Part shown: one piece after another, positions 1-9,691 of the stretch
Layout: each line of letters starts with the position of its first letter
Position numbering within the stretch: position 1 is the stretch's first letter
Source of the DNA: Rhodoferax sp.
GTDB taxonomy: Bacteria > Pseudomonadota > Gammaproteobacteria > Burkholderiales > Burkholderiaceae_C
Direction: 5' to 3'
Assembly (NCBI GenBank): GCA_020048895.1
Contig: JAIFLV010000088.1
Location: forward strand, 20,182 to 84,181
DNA length: 64,000 bases
Notes under the pieces: generated by a model
What the model saw: the letters and a program-made list of their open reading frames with translations, nothing else
What the model was told of the DNA's origin: nothing
The model's database searches: none
Translations under genes and position numbers: made by a program

Positions 1-3000
1 CAGTCACAGCGCTTGGAGTTCAATCGGGTATCAGGCAGTGTGTGGCACGGTGGAAAAATTGCACAGCTGCGCTGGAGCGATGCGAAGCTGCAAGTAGAAG
101 CGCACGACCTGGACGTGCAATGGGATTTGACTGGCGTGCTGCAGCAAAAACTGCTTGTGCCTCGGCTTTCGATGGCGTTGTTGCGCATCGACGATCAGCG
201 TCCGGCCTCGCCGGTGGTGGTGCCAACGGATGCGCAATTGCCGTTGCAGCTGGATGTGCACTGGGATGTTGGTGCGCTGGTGTGGGGGCCATCACCCACC
301 GTGCGCGCCGAGCGTTTGCGCGGGCACTATGCCTTTGACGGTGCGCGCCACCGCGTGGAGGTGCGCGAGGTGAGCGTGGCGGCCGGATCCTACCAGTTGA
401 AAGCTGATCTGCAGGCGCAAAGTCCAATGGCACTACACGCCGAAGTCAGTGGTATGGTTTTGACCAAGCCCACACCCACTGGCAAACCCTTGCGTGTAGA
501 TGCCACCGCCATCGTCAGTGGTGCGCTGGGTTCGGTCGATGCCTCACTGGATTTGCAGATACGGCTGCATCCGGAAACGTCAGCAAACTCCAGCGACGCG
601 ATGCAGGGTGAACTTCAGGCGCAGGTTGCCCCCTGGCGTGCACCTTGGGTTACTACCGCGAAGGCGCAGTGGCGTTCGCTCGACTTGGCAGCACTTTGGC
701 CGCAGGCTCCGGTGACGCTGATGGATGGAGCAGCAGAAGTTGCACCGCAGGGTGCTGGATGGCACGGTTCTGTGACCGGTGTCAACCGGCGCAGTGGACC
801 TTGGACAGATCAACGACTGCCGATCCAGCATGTGAATGCGCGCGTTTCGTTGCTTGAGGGTGAATGGAGCATCGAGTCGTTGCGTGCCAGTGTGGGGGCG
901 GGTCAGATCGAAGCACAGGCGCGCTATCGCAGCGGGGCTGATTGGCGGGGCAATGCGACGCTGACGGGCGTAAATCCGGCTGCCATCGACCCGCGCTGGG
1001 AGGCGGTTCCTGTGGATGGTGAACTTGTCGCACGGCAGACATCCGCGGGCATTCACTTTGATGCGCAACTGCACTCCCGTGCCCAAGGCCAGCCAACCCG
1101 TGTTGCCAAGTTTGCCAAGGGTTTGCAGTTTCAGCAGCTGCAAGCTCAGGGCTTCTGGGCACAACCTGCGTTGCGAATCGACAGCTTGCGACTCACATTG
1201 AGTGACGCGCAGCTCAATGCCAAGGTACTGATCGACACCGACCAATGGTCAGGTTCGGGAACAGTCGATGGCACGTTGCCTGGGGCACAGTGGCATGCGA
1301 CGGGTGATCTGTCACCAACGGCGGGCCTGGGCGAGGCGCAGCTTGCGGTTGCCGATGTGGAGAAGGCTTCGGCATGGGTCCAGCGCTTTGGTGTGGGCGC
1401 AAGCGGGTGGGGAAGTCGGTCCATGCAAGGCACGGTCAAGGCGGCTGTGCGCTGGGCCGGGGGGTGGAAGGAATTCGGCGAGGGCATGGATCTGCACGCC
1501 CATGTCGATGTGCCAAGCCTGCAGTTGGGCAGCGATCCAACCGGCCGTGCGCCATGGCGGGTCAAGGACTTGCACGCTTCAGTGGGTGGACGTCCTTCGG
1601 CACTGTCGGTGACGGTGTCCGGTCTTGCCGAGCAAAACGCCATGGACTATGGCCTCAAGTCCAGCGGCGTGGCCCGCCGTACAGCGCCAGGGCAGTGGGA
1701 CGGTCAACTGCAACTGTTGGAGCTCAGCGCATGGGATCAGGCCGCAAAAGAGCGGTGGCTGCTGCAATTGGAAAGCCCGACCGATGTGCGCTGGAGACGT
1801 GACCTCGTGGTGCAAACTTTGACCTTGGCACAAGGTACCGCCAGGGTGACCGGGCCCGCTGCTGGTGCAGTGCGACTGGCGTGGATGCCGGCCAGTTGGT
1901 CACAACGTGCGCAGGTGGTCAACGGCACCGTGGGCCCATCGACTCAATGGGACACACAGGGGCAGATCAGTGAGTTGCCGCTCGAGTGGTTAACGCACGC
2001 TGCCGGTCACGGTGGGCTCAAGCAGGGTTTGGTGGGTGATCTTGTTTTTGGTGGGTCGTGGTCGGCTTCGGGCCTGGACAAGTCACTGACTATCCAAGCG
2101 CTTCTTCGCAGGACGCGTGGAGATCTGCAAGTCAATGCCGATGATGCCAATCCAAACCTTGCCGCAGGTGTACGGCAAGCGCAGATCAGTCTGCGCGTTG
2201 TCGATGCACGGACTGATGTTGAAATGCTTTGGAGCAGCGACAATGCCGGCACACTCCAGGCCAGCGGCAGTACCCGCTTGAACTTCTCGGATGGAGGCTG
2301 GGGGTGGCGGTCTGATGCGCCGCTTCAGGGCCAGCTGCGCGCGAGCTTGCCGCGGTTGGGTGGCTGGTCGATGCTGGCACCACCCGGGTGGCGTTTGCGC
2401 GGCACCCTGGACGCCCGCGCGGAACTGTCCGGCACGCGGCAGACCCCGGTCTGGAACGGAACGCTCACGGCCAAGGAACTCTCGGTGCGCTCGGTCGTGG
2501 ACGGTATCGATTTCAACAAAGGCTCGATGCGCCTTGAACTCACCGGTGATGGTCTGGAGATCGCTGATTTCAATCTGCAGGGAGTCAGCGGTGGTGGCAC
2601 CAATGGGGGTACTTTGTCTCTGACGGGTGCCGTTCGTTGGCCTGCAAGTGCCAATGCTGCCCAGCACGCTGCCCACTGGAGCATGGACGTACTAGCCACA
2701 GCGAAGTCCCTGCGCGTGAGCGCCCGTGCAGATCGCCGGCTCATCGTGTCGGGGTCCATAGGGGCGCGCTTGGATTCCAGTCGCCTGGTTATCGATGGCG
2801 CGCTCGCTGCAGACCAGGGTGCCTTCACACTGGCGCAGGATACGGTGCCGGTGCTGGACAGCGATGTGCGTATCGGCAAAGGTGTCGCTGTGCAGGGTTC
2901 AGCACAAACCGAATCCAGTCGGGGCGGGTTTGTGCTGGCAAAGTCCATCGACCCTCGTGTGCACGTCACGCTGGATCTCGGGCCGCAATTTCAGGTAGAG

Positions 3001-3672
3001 GGTTATGGGCTGCGGTCCCGTCTGGAGGGCAAGCTCGTCCTCAGCACGGTCACGCAGAATCTTCAGCCGAGGCTGCACGGCGAAATCCAAACCGTCGACG
3101 GTAGCTACAAGGCTTATGGTCAACAACTGGACATCGAGGCAGGCGTAGTGCGCTTCGCCGGGCCGTTTGACAACCCGACATTGGATATTCTGGCCATCCG
3201 TCCCAACCTGACCCAGCGCGTGGGTGTGCAAATCATCGGCACTGCCCTCGTGCCCTCGGTGCGGCTGTACGCCGAGCCCGAGTTACCAGACGCGGAGAAG
3301 CTTTCGTGGCTGGTGGTGGGACACGCCAATGCCGACGGCAGTGCACAAATGGCGTTGGTGCAGCAGGCAGCAATGGCGGCCATGTCGACCAGCGGGCAGC
3401 CCTGGTCGACCAATCTGGCCAATAGCCTGGGACTGGATGAAATCTCAGTGAGCGGATTGGGCACCAACAACGAAAGCGCTGCCAGCGCAGGTGCAACGCT
3501 GCGTATCGGCAAGCGCATTGCCGGCAACTTCTACGTGGCCTATGAACGCAGTGTGGCCGGGGCCTACGGCACGTTCTCCATTTTTTATGACTTGTCCAAA
3601 CATCTCACGTTGCGGGGCCAGACCGGTGAACAAAGCGCGGCCGACCTGATTTACACCACGCGCTACGATTAG
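1..3672 (+). CDS. tamB: Translocation/assembly module TamB (DUF490), 5'-truncated by window edge
   Basis: Frame open from base 1, >1200 aa of beta-rich repeats; C-terminal DUF490-like region (PRLHGEIQTVDGSYKAYGQQL, YAEPELPDAEKLSWLVVG, ending DLIYTTRYD). Confidence 0.9.
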   Translation, partial: QSQRLEFNRVSGSVWHGGKIAQLRWSDAKLQVEAHDLDVQWDLTGVLQQKLLVPRLSMALLRIDDQRPASPVVVPTDAQLPLQLDVHWDVGALVWGPSPTVRAERLRGHYAFDGARHRVEVREVSVAAGSYQLKADLQAQSPMALHAEVSGMVLTKPTPTGKPLRVDATAIVSGALGSVDASLDLQIRLHPETSANSSDAMQGELQAQVAPWRAPWVTTAKAQWRSLDLAALWPQAPVTLMDGAAEVAPQGAGWHGSVTGVNRRSGPWTDQRLPIQHVNARVSLLEGEWSIESLRASVGAGQIEAQARYRSGADWRGNATLTGVNPAAIDPRWEAVPVDGELVARQTSAGIHFDAQLHSRAQGQPTRVAKFAKGLQFQQLQAQGFWAQPALRIDSLRLTLSDAQLNAKVLIDTDQWSGSGTVDGTLPGAQWHATGDLSPTAGLGEAQLAVADVEKASAWVQRFGVGASGWGSRSMQGTVKAAVRWAGGWKEFGEGMDLHAHVDVPSLQLGSDPTGRAPWRVKDLHASVGGRPSALSVTVSGLAEQNAMDYGLKSSGVARRTAPGQWDGQLQLLELSAWDQAAKERWLLQLESPTDVRWRRDLVVQTLTLAQGTARVTGPAAGAVRLAWMPASWSQRAQVVNGTVGPSTQWDTQGQISELPLEWLTHAAGHGGLKQGLVGDLVFGGSWSASGLDKSLTIQALLRRTRGDLQVNADDANPNLAAGVRQAQISLRVVDARTDVEMLWSSDNAGTLQASGSTRLNFSDGGWGWRSDAPLQGQLRASLPRLGGWSMLAPPGWRLRGTLDARAELSGTRQTPVWNGTLTAKELSVRSVVDGIDFNKGSMRLELTGDGLEIADFNLQGVSGGGTNGGTLSLTGAVRWPASANAAQHAAHWSMDVLATAKSLRVSARADRRLIVSGSIGARLDSSRLVIDGALAADQGAFTLAQDTVPVLDSDVRIGKGVAVQGSAQTESSRGGFVLAKSIDPRVHVTLDLGPQFQVEGYGLRSRLEGKLVLSTVTQNLQPRLHGEIQTVDGSYKAYGQQLDIEAGVVRFAGPFDNPTLDILAIRPNLTQRVGVQIIGTALVPSVRLYAEPELPDAEKLSWLVVGHANADGSAQMALVQQAAMAAMSTSGQPWSTNLANSLGLDEISVSGLGTNNESAASAGATLRIGKRIAGNFYVAYERSVAGAYGTFSIFYDLSKHLTLRGQTGEQSAADLIYTTRYD

Positions 3673-3788
3673 TGTGTCGGGTTTTGGCCAGCCAACCCCA
3701 GTCCCAGGGATAAACGCACCACGTCGGTGCAAATGGGGTCATTGCGGCGATTTTTTGGAAGAAATTGCAGATAATTTAGAAATAGGCC

Positions 3789-3815
3789 TAAATAAGCCGC
3801 TAAATCTGCCGTTAA
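3789..3815 (+). promoter_or_regulatory. Sigma28 (FliA)-like promoter
   Basis: TAAA(3789-3792)-N15-GCCGTTAA(3808-3815) versus consensus TAAA-N15-GCCGATAA; 53 nt upstream of ATG 3869. Confidence 0.7.
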
Positions 3816-3868
3816 GAAACGTACGTCAAGGAAGAAAAGCCACTGGAGGGGCCAAAAGCCCACGAAAA

Positions 3869-4366
3869 ATGCAATTGCCTTCAATAGATCGATCACCAAA
3901 TATGCGCCCCGTCGGCGCAGATTTGGCTTCGTCTGGGGCAAACAGGGTGATTCCGGTGGCTCCGGTCAATTCTTCAGCACACGCTGTGGCGCCCGCTACG
4001 CTGACGCCTAGTGTGATCAACATGGTCAATCCGGCGCTCAAGACCAACGAGGGAGAGCCCGTCTATACCAGCGTTTCGGACCCGGGAAAACGCGGCTCTG
4101 AAGCAGCGACTGCCAAGAAAGACTGGACAATCCATCGGCCGGCACCTGAGAAGGTCGAAGACCCACTGCCGAAACCGTTGTCGCAAGTGCTGATGGAGCA
4201 CATCAAGACACTGTGGACGGCCAGTGCCAGCGCCATACAGTTGGAGCAGGTGAAAGACCAGTTGAAGCCGCCGCAAGCCCCTGTCGCGTCCGAGATGCCA
4301 GGCCTGTTGGCCAAAGAGGCCCTGACCTACGCGCCCAACAAGATCAGGAAGACTGAGAACATCTGA
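3869..4366 (+). CDS. Hypothetical protein (165 aa, Pro-rich)
   Basis: ATG at 3869 within ORF 3674-4366, downstream of the promoter motif; no family recognised. Confidence 0.75.
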   Translation: MQLPSIDRSPNMRPVGADLASSGANRVIPVAPVNSSAHAVAPATLTPSVINMVNPALKTNEGEPVYTSVSDPGKRGSEAATAKKDWTIHRPAPEKVEDPLPKPLSQVLMEHIKTLWTASASAIQLEQVKDQLKPPQAPVASEMPGLLAKEALTYAPNKIRKTENI

Positions 4367-4494
4367 TCGGCCCAATTGCCCGGGTCTGTCTGCGCTTCTT
4401 TGCCGTTCCACGGCGCTGGTGCTCCTCTACACTCCCATGTATTTCTTGCCGCACCTCGGTTAGACGGTGCGCGCCAACTTGAGACTGGGATGCC

Positions 4495-6000
4495 ATGAAA
4501 GCCACTTGCGTCAGATTCGCTGCTGTTTGCGCTATTGCGTTGCTCACTGCCTGTGGCGGTGGTAGCAGTGGCGGTACGACCTCCGCCACTACGACCACAC
4601 CGGCTGAGCCGATTCTCCAGTCTATTGCGCTGTCGCCAGTGAATCCGACAATTCCGGTCGGAACTTCGCTGCAGCTGGTGGCAACCGGAACCTATACCGA
4701 TGGGTCCACGAAAGCGCTCACCACCGGACTGATCTGGTCGACCGCTGGGGGCCACTCCTCCATGTTCACCGGGGGTCTGGTGAAGGGCGTCTCGATGGGC
4801 AGTGACCTGGTAACTGCAACATTAGGTGTTGTGTCTGGTTCGACGGCCTTGACCGTCAAGGGTCCGTACATCATTCCCGCGGCGGGGGGCAACATCGTCG
4901 CGGCGGGTGGCAGCCACACGGTGGTGCGCAAGGCGGATGGAACCCTGGCAGGCTTTGGCTCCAACCACTCCGGACAATTGGGGGATGGCACTGCGGTGGA
5001 TCGTGTCATTCCCACCGCTACCGTGGATGCATCCAACCTCTGGACCAGTTTGTCAGCTGGCGATTTTTATACGCTGGCGCTACGTTCTGACGGCTCGATT
5101 TGGGGCTGGGGGCTGAACCAGAATGGACAAATCGGCGACAAGTCAGTAGTCGACAAACTGGCACCAACGCAGATCGGAACCGACAAGAAGTGGACGGTGA
5201 TTTCAGCGGGCAAGGCCCATTCGGTTGGCGTGAAAAGCGATGGCACCCTGTGGTCTTGGGGGCGCAACTTTGATGGCCAACTCGGCGATGCGACTGCGGT
5301 CGACAAAACCGCCCCGATCCAGGTGCTGATGACCCCGGCCACCGCGGGCTCCACCACGACGGCAACGGCCACCGCCGCCGACAAAATCTGGGCGTTGGCG
5401 GGCGCCGGTTCCAACTACACCGTTGGAGTCAAGACCGATAACACCGTCTACACCTGGGGTGGTAATGAGCGAGGGCAACTGGGCATGGGTGCCACGGTTT
5501 CGCAGCCGATCAACTGGCCGGTCAAGCTCACGGTTCTGAACGCGGATTTCAAAGCACTCAGCATTTCGGTGGGAAACCTGCACGTGCTGGTAATTCGCCC
5601 GGATGGAGTCCTGTACGCCTGGGGTGCCAATGAGAAGGGGCAGTTGGGCATCGGCAAGGTGGGTGATGAAAAGCTGCCGGTGCAGGTAAATAACCATACC
5701 GACTGGAAGATGGTCTCTGCGGGAGGGTTCCATAGTCTGGCGGTCAAGGTTGGCGGCACGCTCTGGTCCTGGGGTGCCAACAGCAACGGGCAATTGGGTG
5801 TCGGCACGACGAACGATTCCCTCCTGCCCGTGCAGGTCGGGCTGTCGCGCGACTGGGTGGCGGTGTACGCAGGCAAAGAACATTCCTTTGCCCTCAAGTC
5901 TGACGGTACCTTGTGGGGCTGGGGCCGCAACTACGAAGGGCAACAGGGCAATGGCACCATGACCGAGAAACCGGTGCTGGTACCCACCCAGCTACCCTGA
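4495..6000 (+). CDS. Lipoprotein with Ig-like (Big_2) domain and RCC1/BLIP-II beta-propeller repeats
   Basis: Lipobox LLTAC; SIALSPVNPTIPVG Ig-like domain; about 7 repeats of the type AGxxHS/TxxxxxDGTLWxWGxNxxGQLG. Confidence 0.9.
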   Translation: MKATCVRFAAVCAIALLTACGGGSSGGTTSATTTTPAEPILQSIALSPVNPTIPVGTSLQLVATGTYTDGSTKALTTGLIWSTAGGHSSMFTGGLVKGVSMGSDLVTATLGVVSGSTALTVKGPYIIPAAGGNIVAAGGSHTVVRKADGTLAGFGSNHSGQLGDGTAVDRVIPTATVDASNLWTSLSAGDFYTLALRSDGSIWGWGLNQNGQIGDKSVVDKLAPTQIGTDKKWTVISAGKAHSVGVKSDGTLWSWGRNFDGQLGDATAVDKTAPIQVLMTPATAGSTTTATATAADKIWALAGAGSNYTVGVKTDNTVYTWGGNERGQLGMGATVSQPINWPVKLTVLNADFKALSISVGNLHVLVIRPDGVLYAWGANEKGQLGIGKVGDEKLPVQVNNHTDWKMVSAGGFHSLAVKVGGTLWSWGANSNGQLGVGTTNDSLLPVQVGLSRDWVAVYAGKEHSFALKSDGTLWGWGRNYEGQQGNGTMTEKPVLVPTQLP

Positions 6001-6001
6001 A

Positions 6002-7018
6002 TCAGGCACCTGTACTGGGTGTGCCATTGCGTACCCCACTGGCCACATGGCCGGCAGGTACATGGCGGGCGGCGGATTCAATGTGGCCGGTCTGGTCGTC
6101 AAAAAAGAAGTCGGGCTCGAACTCTCTCAGAAACTCGCCCTTGTCCAGGCCACCGAGGAACATGGCCTCGTCGATTTCAATGTTCCAGTTCATCAGGGTT
6201 CGAATGGCGCGCTCGTGTGCCGGGGCACTGCGCGCGGTCACCAGCGCGGTGCGGATGCGCATGGCCGGACTCGCCGCCTTTTGCAGTTGGTGCAGCGCCA
6301 CCAGCAGGGGCTTGAAGGGCCCGTCCGGCAAGGGTAGATCAGCCTTATCGATCTCGTGCTGCTGGAAGGCGCTCAAACCTTGTGCCTGATAAATACGCTC
6401 AGCCTCGTCACTGAAAAGTACGGCGTCCCCGTCAAAGGCGATGCGCACTTCATGCGGATGGGCATCACTGGCGTGTGCTGACTGCGGGTAGACCTGCGCT
6501 GCTGGCACGCCGACTGCCAGTGCAGCGCGCACATCGCTGAGGTGGGTGCTGAGAAACAGGTTGGCACGTAAGGGCTTGAGGTAACGCCACGGCGCCTGCC
6601 CCCGGGTGAATGAGCAGCGGATGATGGGCAGTGCGTAATGCGCTGCCGACTTCATGACCCGCAGGCCACTGACCGGGTCATTACGCGACAGGATCACCAC
6701 TTCCACTCGCTGCTCGGAGGATGTTTCGCCGCTGGGCCGCCCCGAGGCGTGGACTTGGGGTTTTGCCAAATGCGCCCCCTCGGGGGGCAGAGAGCCACAT
6801 GCAATGGGCGAACGTGGGGGCACCGCGTTGAAGGCCAATAGCTTTTTGACCAATGAAAAGGCGACCCCCGGTTTCGCAGGCATCTCCAGCCGCTCCTGCT
6901 GCAAGCGCATATAGGCCGTGTCATCGGCCTGCTCAAAGACCTGGTTTTCTTCCTCAAAGTCAAACAGCGCCCTCGACGAAATCGCCACCACCAGTTTGCC
7001 GTCCAGAGAAACTCCCAT
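6002..7018 (-). CDS. 5'-nucleotidase (cN-I-like, PF06189 type) with a 36-aa in-frame insert
   Basis: VAISSRALFD, VEVVILSRND, RIAFDGDAVLFSDE, FFFDDQ motifs; starts 1 bp after the gspF stop. Confidence 0.9.
   Translation of the reverse strand: MGVSLDGKLVVAISSRALFDFEEENQVFEQADDTAYMRLQQERLEMPAKPGVAFSLVKKLLAFNAVPPRSPIACGSLPPEGAHLAKPQVHASGRPSGETSSEQRVEVVILSRNDPVSGLRVMKSAAHYALPIIRCSFTRGQAPWRYLKPLRANLFLSTHLSDVRAALAVGVPAAQVYPQSAHASDAHPHEVRIAFDGDAVLFSDEAERIYQAQGLSAFQQHEIDKADLPLPDGPFKPLLVALHQLQKAASPAMRIRTALVTARSAPAHERAIRTLMNWNIEIDEAMFLGGLDKGEFLREFEPDFFFDDQTGHIESAARHVPAGHVASGVRNGTPSTGA
6719..6826 (-). repeat. GC-rich palindromic element inserted in frame in the 5'-nucleotidase
   Basis: 108 nt encoding AVPPRSPIACGSLPPEGAHLAKPQVHASGRPSGETS between LLAFN and EQRVEV; contains GCCCCC-CGA-GGGGGC hairpin. 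Repeat status is from recall, only one full copy in the window. Confidence 0.65.
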
Positions 7019-7019
7019 C

Positions 7020-8258
7020 TCACTTGACCAATTGGTTGAGCTGAATTATGGGCATGAGAACGGCCAAAACGATGAGCATCACGACCAAGCCCATGGTGAC
7101 GATCAATAGCGGCTCGAGCAGCGTCGCGAGTTGCAGGGCACGGCGCTGCACTTCGTCTCCGAGCTGTTTTGCGGCGCGGTCCAGCATCGCAGGCAGTTGG
7201 CCGGTCTGCTCGCCCAGGCGTGCGAACATTCCCAGCAGACCCGGAAAGCGCTTCTTCTGCGACAGCGCCACGGCCAGCGGTGCACCTTCACGCACCTGCA
7301 CCAGGGCGTCCAGCGCATCAGTGCGCATGGCGCGGTTGGACAGGGTGTCTGCCGCGGCTTGCAGCGCCTTGAGGATAGGCACGCCAGCACCCGCGAGCAT
7401 CGCCAGCGTGCTGGCAAAGCGGGCACCGTTGTAGCCGCGCGCCAATTTTCCCAGCACCGGCAAGGTCAGCCACACAGCATCAAAATTTTCACGAAAAGCG
7501 GCCCTGGACCACGCCAGACGTGCGCCAATAGCTCCCAAAATGAGAGCAATTACCATGAGCCACCCCTGGTTGCGCACAAAGTTGCCCAGTGCCAGCATGA
7601 TGACGGTGAGCACCGGCAGCGCCCGCTTGCTGCCGGCAAACACCTGTGCCACCTGCGGCACCACGTAGGCCAGCAAAAAGGTGACAATCACCACCGCCAC
7701 CAGCGTCACGATGGCCGGATACAGTGCCGCACCAATCAGTTGCGACTTGAGTTGCTGGCTTTGCTCCAGGTCGTCCGCAAGCCGCTCCAGCACACGTCCC
7801 AAATTGCCACTGTGTTCGCCTGCGCCCACCACAGCGCAGTAGGTGACGGAGAACTCGCGTGGGTGTTGGGCTAGTGCGGCCGCAAAGGCCGTGCCGCCAT
7901 TGACTTCAGCACGCAACCCCGACACCAGCTGGCGCTGGCGTTCGTCGTCGGCTTCGTCGGCCAATGCCGTCAGGGCACGCTCCAGCGGCAAGCCCGAGGC
8001 CACCAAACCGGCAATCTGCCGTGTCCAGATGGCGAGTGCGGTAGAGTTGAAAACCCGCCCAACAAAGAACTGGCGTGACAGCACCGAGCCACCCGGCTTG
8101 TCACCTCCTGCAGATCCCGCTCCCACGGTTTCAACCGACAAAGGCGCCAGCGACTGCCCCCGCAGTAGTGCACGAGCGGCCTTGGCCGACTCGGCATCAA
8201 TGATGCCTTTGCGGGTCTCCCCATCGGCGGTCAGGGCTTCAAAAGAATAGGCAGGCAT
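7020..8258 (-). CDS. gspF: Type II secretion inner-membrane platform protein GspF
   Basis: MPAYSFEAL, SGLPLERAL, GEHSGNL, GEQTGQL, LLEPLLIV; T2SS context. Confidence 0.97.
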   Translation of the reverse strand: MPAYSFEALTADGETRKGIIDAESAKAARALLRGQSLAPLSVETVGAGSAGGDKPGGSVLSRQFFVGRVFNSTALAIWTRQIAGLVASGLPLERALTALADEADDERQRQLVSGLRAEVNGGTAFAAALAQHPREFSVTYCAVVGAGEHSGNLGRVLERLADDLEQSQQLKSQLIGAALYPAIVTLVAVVIVTFLLAYVVPQVAQVFAGSKRALPVLTVIMLALGNFVRNQGWLMVIALILGAIGARLAWSRAAFRENFDAVWLTLPVLGKLARGYNGARFASTLAMLAGAGVPILKALQAAADTLSNRAMRTDALDALVQVREGAPLAVALSQKKRFPGLLGMFARLGEQTGQLPAMLDRAAKQLGDEVQRRALQLATLLEPLLIVTMGLVVMLIVLAVLMPIIQLNQLVK

Positions 8259-8288
8259 GTTTGTTGGTGAGGGAGCGTGGGGGCCATA

Positions 8289-9689
8289 TCAGTCGCGCGT
8301 GACGCGGACCAGTTCTTCGTGCGAAGTCACGCCGCTTTGCACCAGGCGCTCGCCGTCGTCGCGCATCAGTGTCATGCCGCCCGTGAGCGCGGCCGCGCGG
8401 ATATCGGCTTCGGAGGCACGGTGGTGAATCTGTTCGCGAATGGCATCGGTGGTCACCAGCAACTCGAACACGCCGGTGCGACCCAGGTAGCCCGTCTGGC
8501 CGCATTCCATGCAGCCGCTACCGTGGCACGCTGTGCAGAGTTTGCGCACAAGGCGTTGCGCAAGCACACCGAGCAGGGACGAACTCAGCAGGAACGGCTC
8601 GATACCCATGTCGGTCAGGCGAGTCACGGCACTGGCAGCATCGTTGGTGTGCAGTGTGGCCAGCACCAGGTGGCCGGTCAGCGACGCCTGAATCGCAATC
8701 TGGGCGGTTTCAAAGTCACGAATCTCACCAATCATGATCACGTCCGGGTCCTGCCGCAGGATGGCGCGCAGGGCCTTGGCAAAGGTGAGGTCGATCTTGG
8801 CATTGACCTGGGTCTGGCCGACACCGGCGAGTTCGTACTCGATCGGGTCTTCCACCGTCATGATGTTCTGGCCCCGGGTGTCGAGTCGTTCCAGCGCTGC
8901 GTACAGCGTGGTGGTTTTGCCGGAACCGGTGGGGCCGGTGACCAGAATGATGCCGTGGGGTTGCGCTACCAGATGCTCAAAGCGCGCCAGCACATCGCCC
9001 TGCATCCCCACCGACTCCAGGCTGAGCTTGGCACCACTCTTGTCGAGCAGGCGCAGCACGGCACGTTCACCGTGGGCGCTGGGCAGGGTGCTCACGCGCA
9101 CATCTACCGCACGGGTGCCGATGCGCAGGCTGATGCGGCCATCCTGCGGCAAGCGCTTCTCCGCAATATCGAGCTCGGCCATGATTTTCAGGCGCGAGAT
9201 CAACGCGGCGTGCAGCGCGCGGTTGGGTTGCACCACGTCGCGCAGGGAGCCATCTACCCGGAAACGCACCGCCGAGTGTCGCTCATACGGTTCGATATGG
9301 ATGTCGCTGGCACCATCGCGAGCGGCTTGTGTCAGCAAGGCGTTGAGCATACGGATGATGGGTGCGTCGTCCGAATTTTCCAGCAGGTCTTCAATGGCGG
9401 GCAGCGCTTGCATCATGCGCGAGAGGTCGATGTCGCTCTCAACCTCGCTCACCACCGTTGCGGCACTTGATTCACTTTGGGCGTAGGCGGCGCTGATGCG
9501 CTGGCGCAGGACTTCGAGCGCTTCTACCTTGACGTCCTGCACCGGGTATTTGCGCATCACTTCGCTCAACGGGCTGGCCGAGTCCAGGCTATGCAGCCAC
9601 AGCGTCAACGATCCACCCTGGTCTTCTAGCAGCAGGTTCTGGCTGCGCGCAAAGCCGTAGGGCAGGGGATACTGGACCGGTTGTGCCAC
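8289..9689 (-). CDS. gspE: Type II secretion ATPase GspE
   Basis: ASDIHIEP, RLPQDGR, Walker A GPTGSGKT, EDPIEY, LRQDPDVIMIGEIRD, CxxC...CxxC. Confidence 0.97.
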   Translation of the reverse strand: MAQPVQYPLPYGFARSQNLLLEDQGGSLTLWLHSLDSASPLSEVMRKYPVQDVKVEALEVLRQRISAAYAQSESSAATVVSEVESDIDLSRMMQALPAIEDLLENSDDAPIIRMLNALLTQAARDGASDIHIEPYERHSAVRFRVDGSLRDVVQPNRALHAALISRLKIMAELDIAEKRLPQDGRISLRIGTRAVDVRVSTLPSAHGERAVLRLLDKSGAKLSLESVGMQGDVLARFEHLVAQPHGIILVTGPTGSGKTTTLYAALERLDTRGQNIMTVEDPIEYELAGVGQTQVNAKIDLTFAKALRAILRQDPDVIMIGEIRDFETAQIAIQASLTGHLVLATLHTNDAASAVTRLTDMGIEPFLLSSSLLGVLAQRLVRKLCTACHGSGCMECGQTGYLGRTGVFELLVTTDAIREQIHHRASEADIRAAALTGGMTLMRDDGERLVQSGVTSHEELVRVTRD

Positions 9690-9691
9690 GG

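Noticed and set aside
4900-5960. CRISPR-like periodicity
   Set aside because: The repeats are protein-coding RCC1 units; no constant repeat-spacer array or cas gene anywhere in the window.
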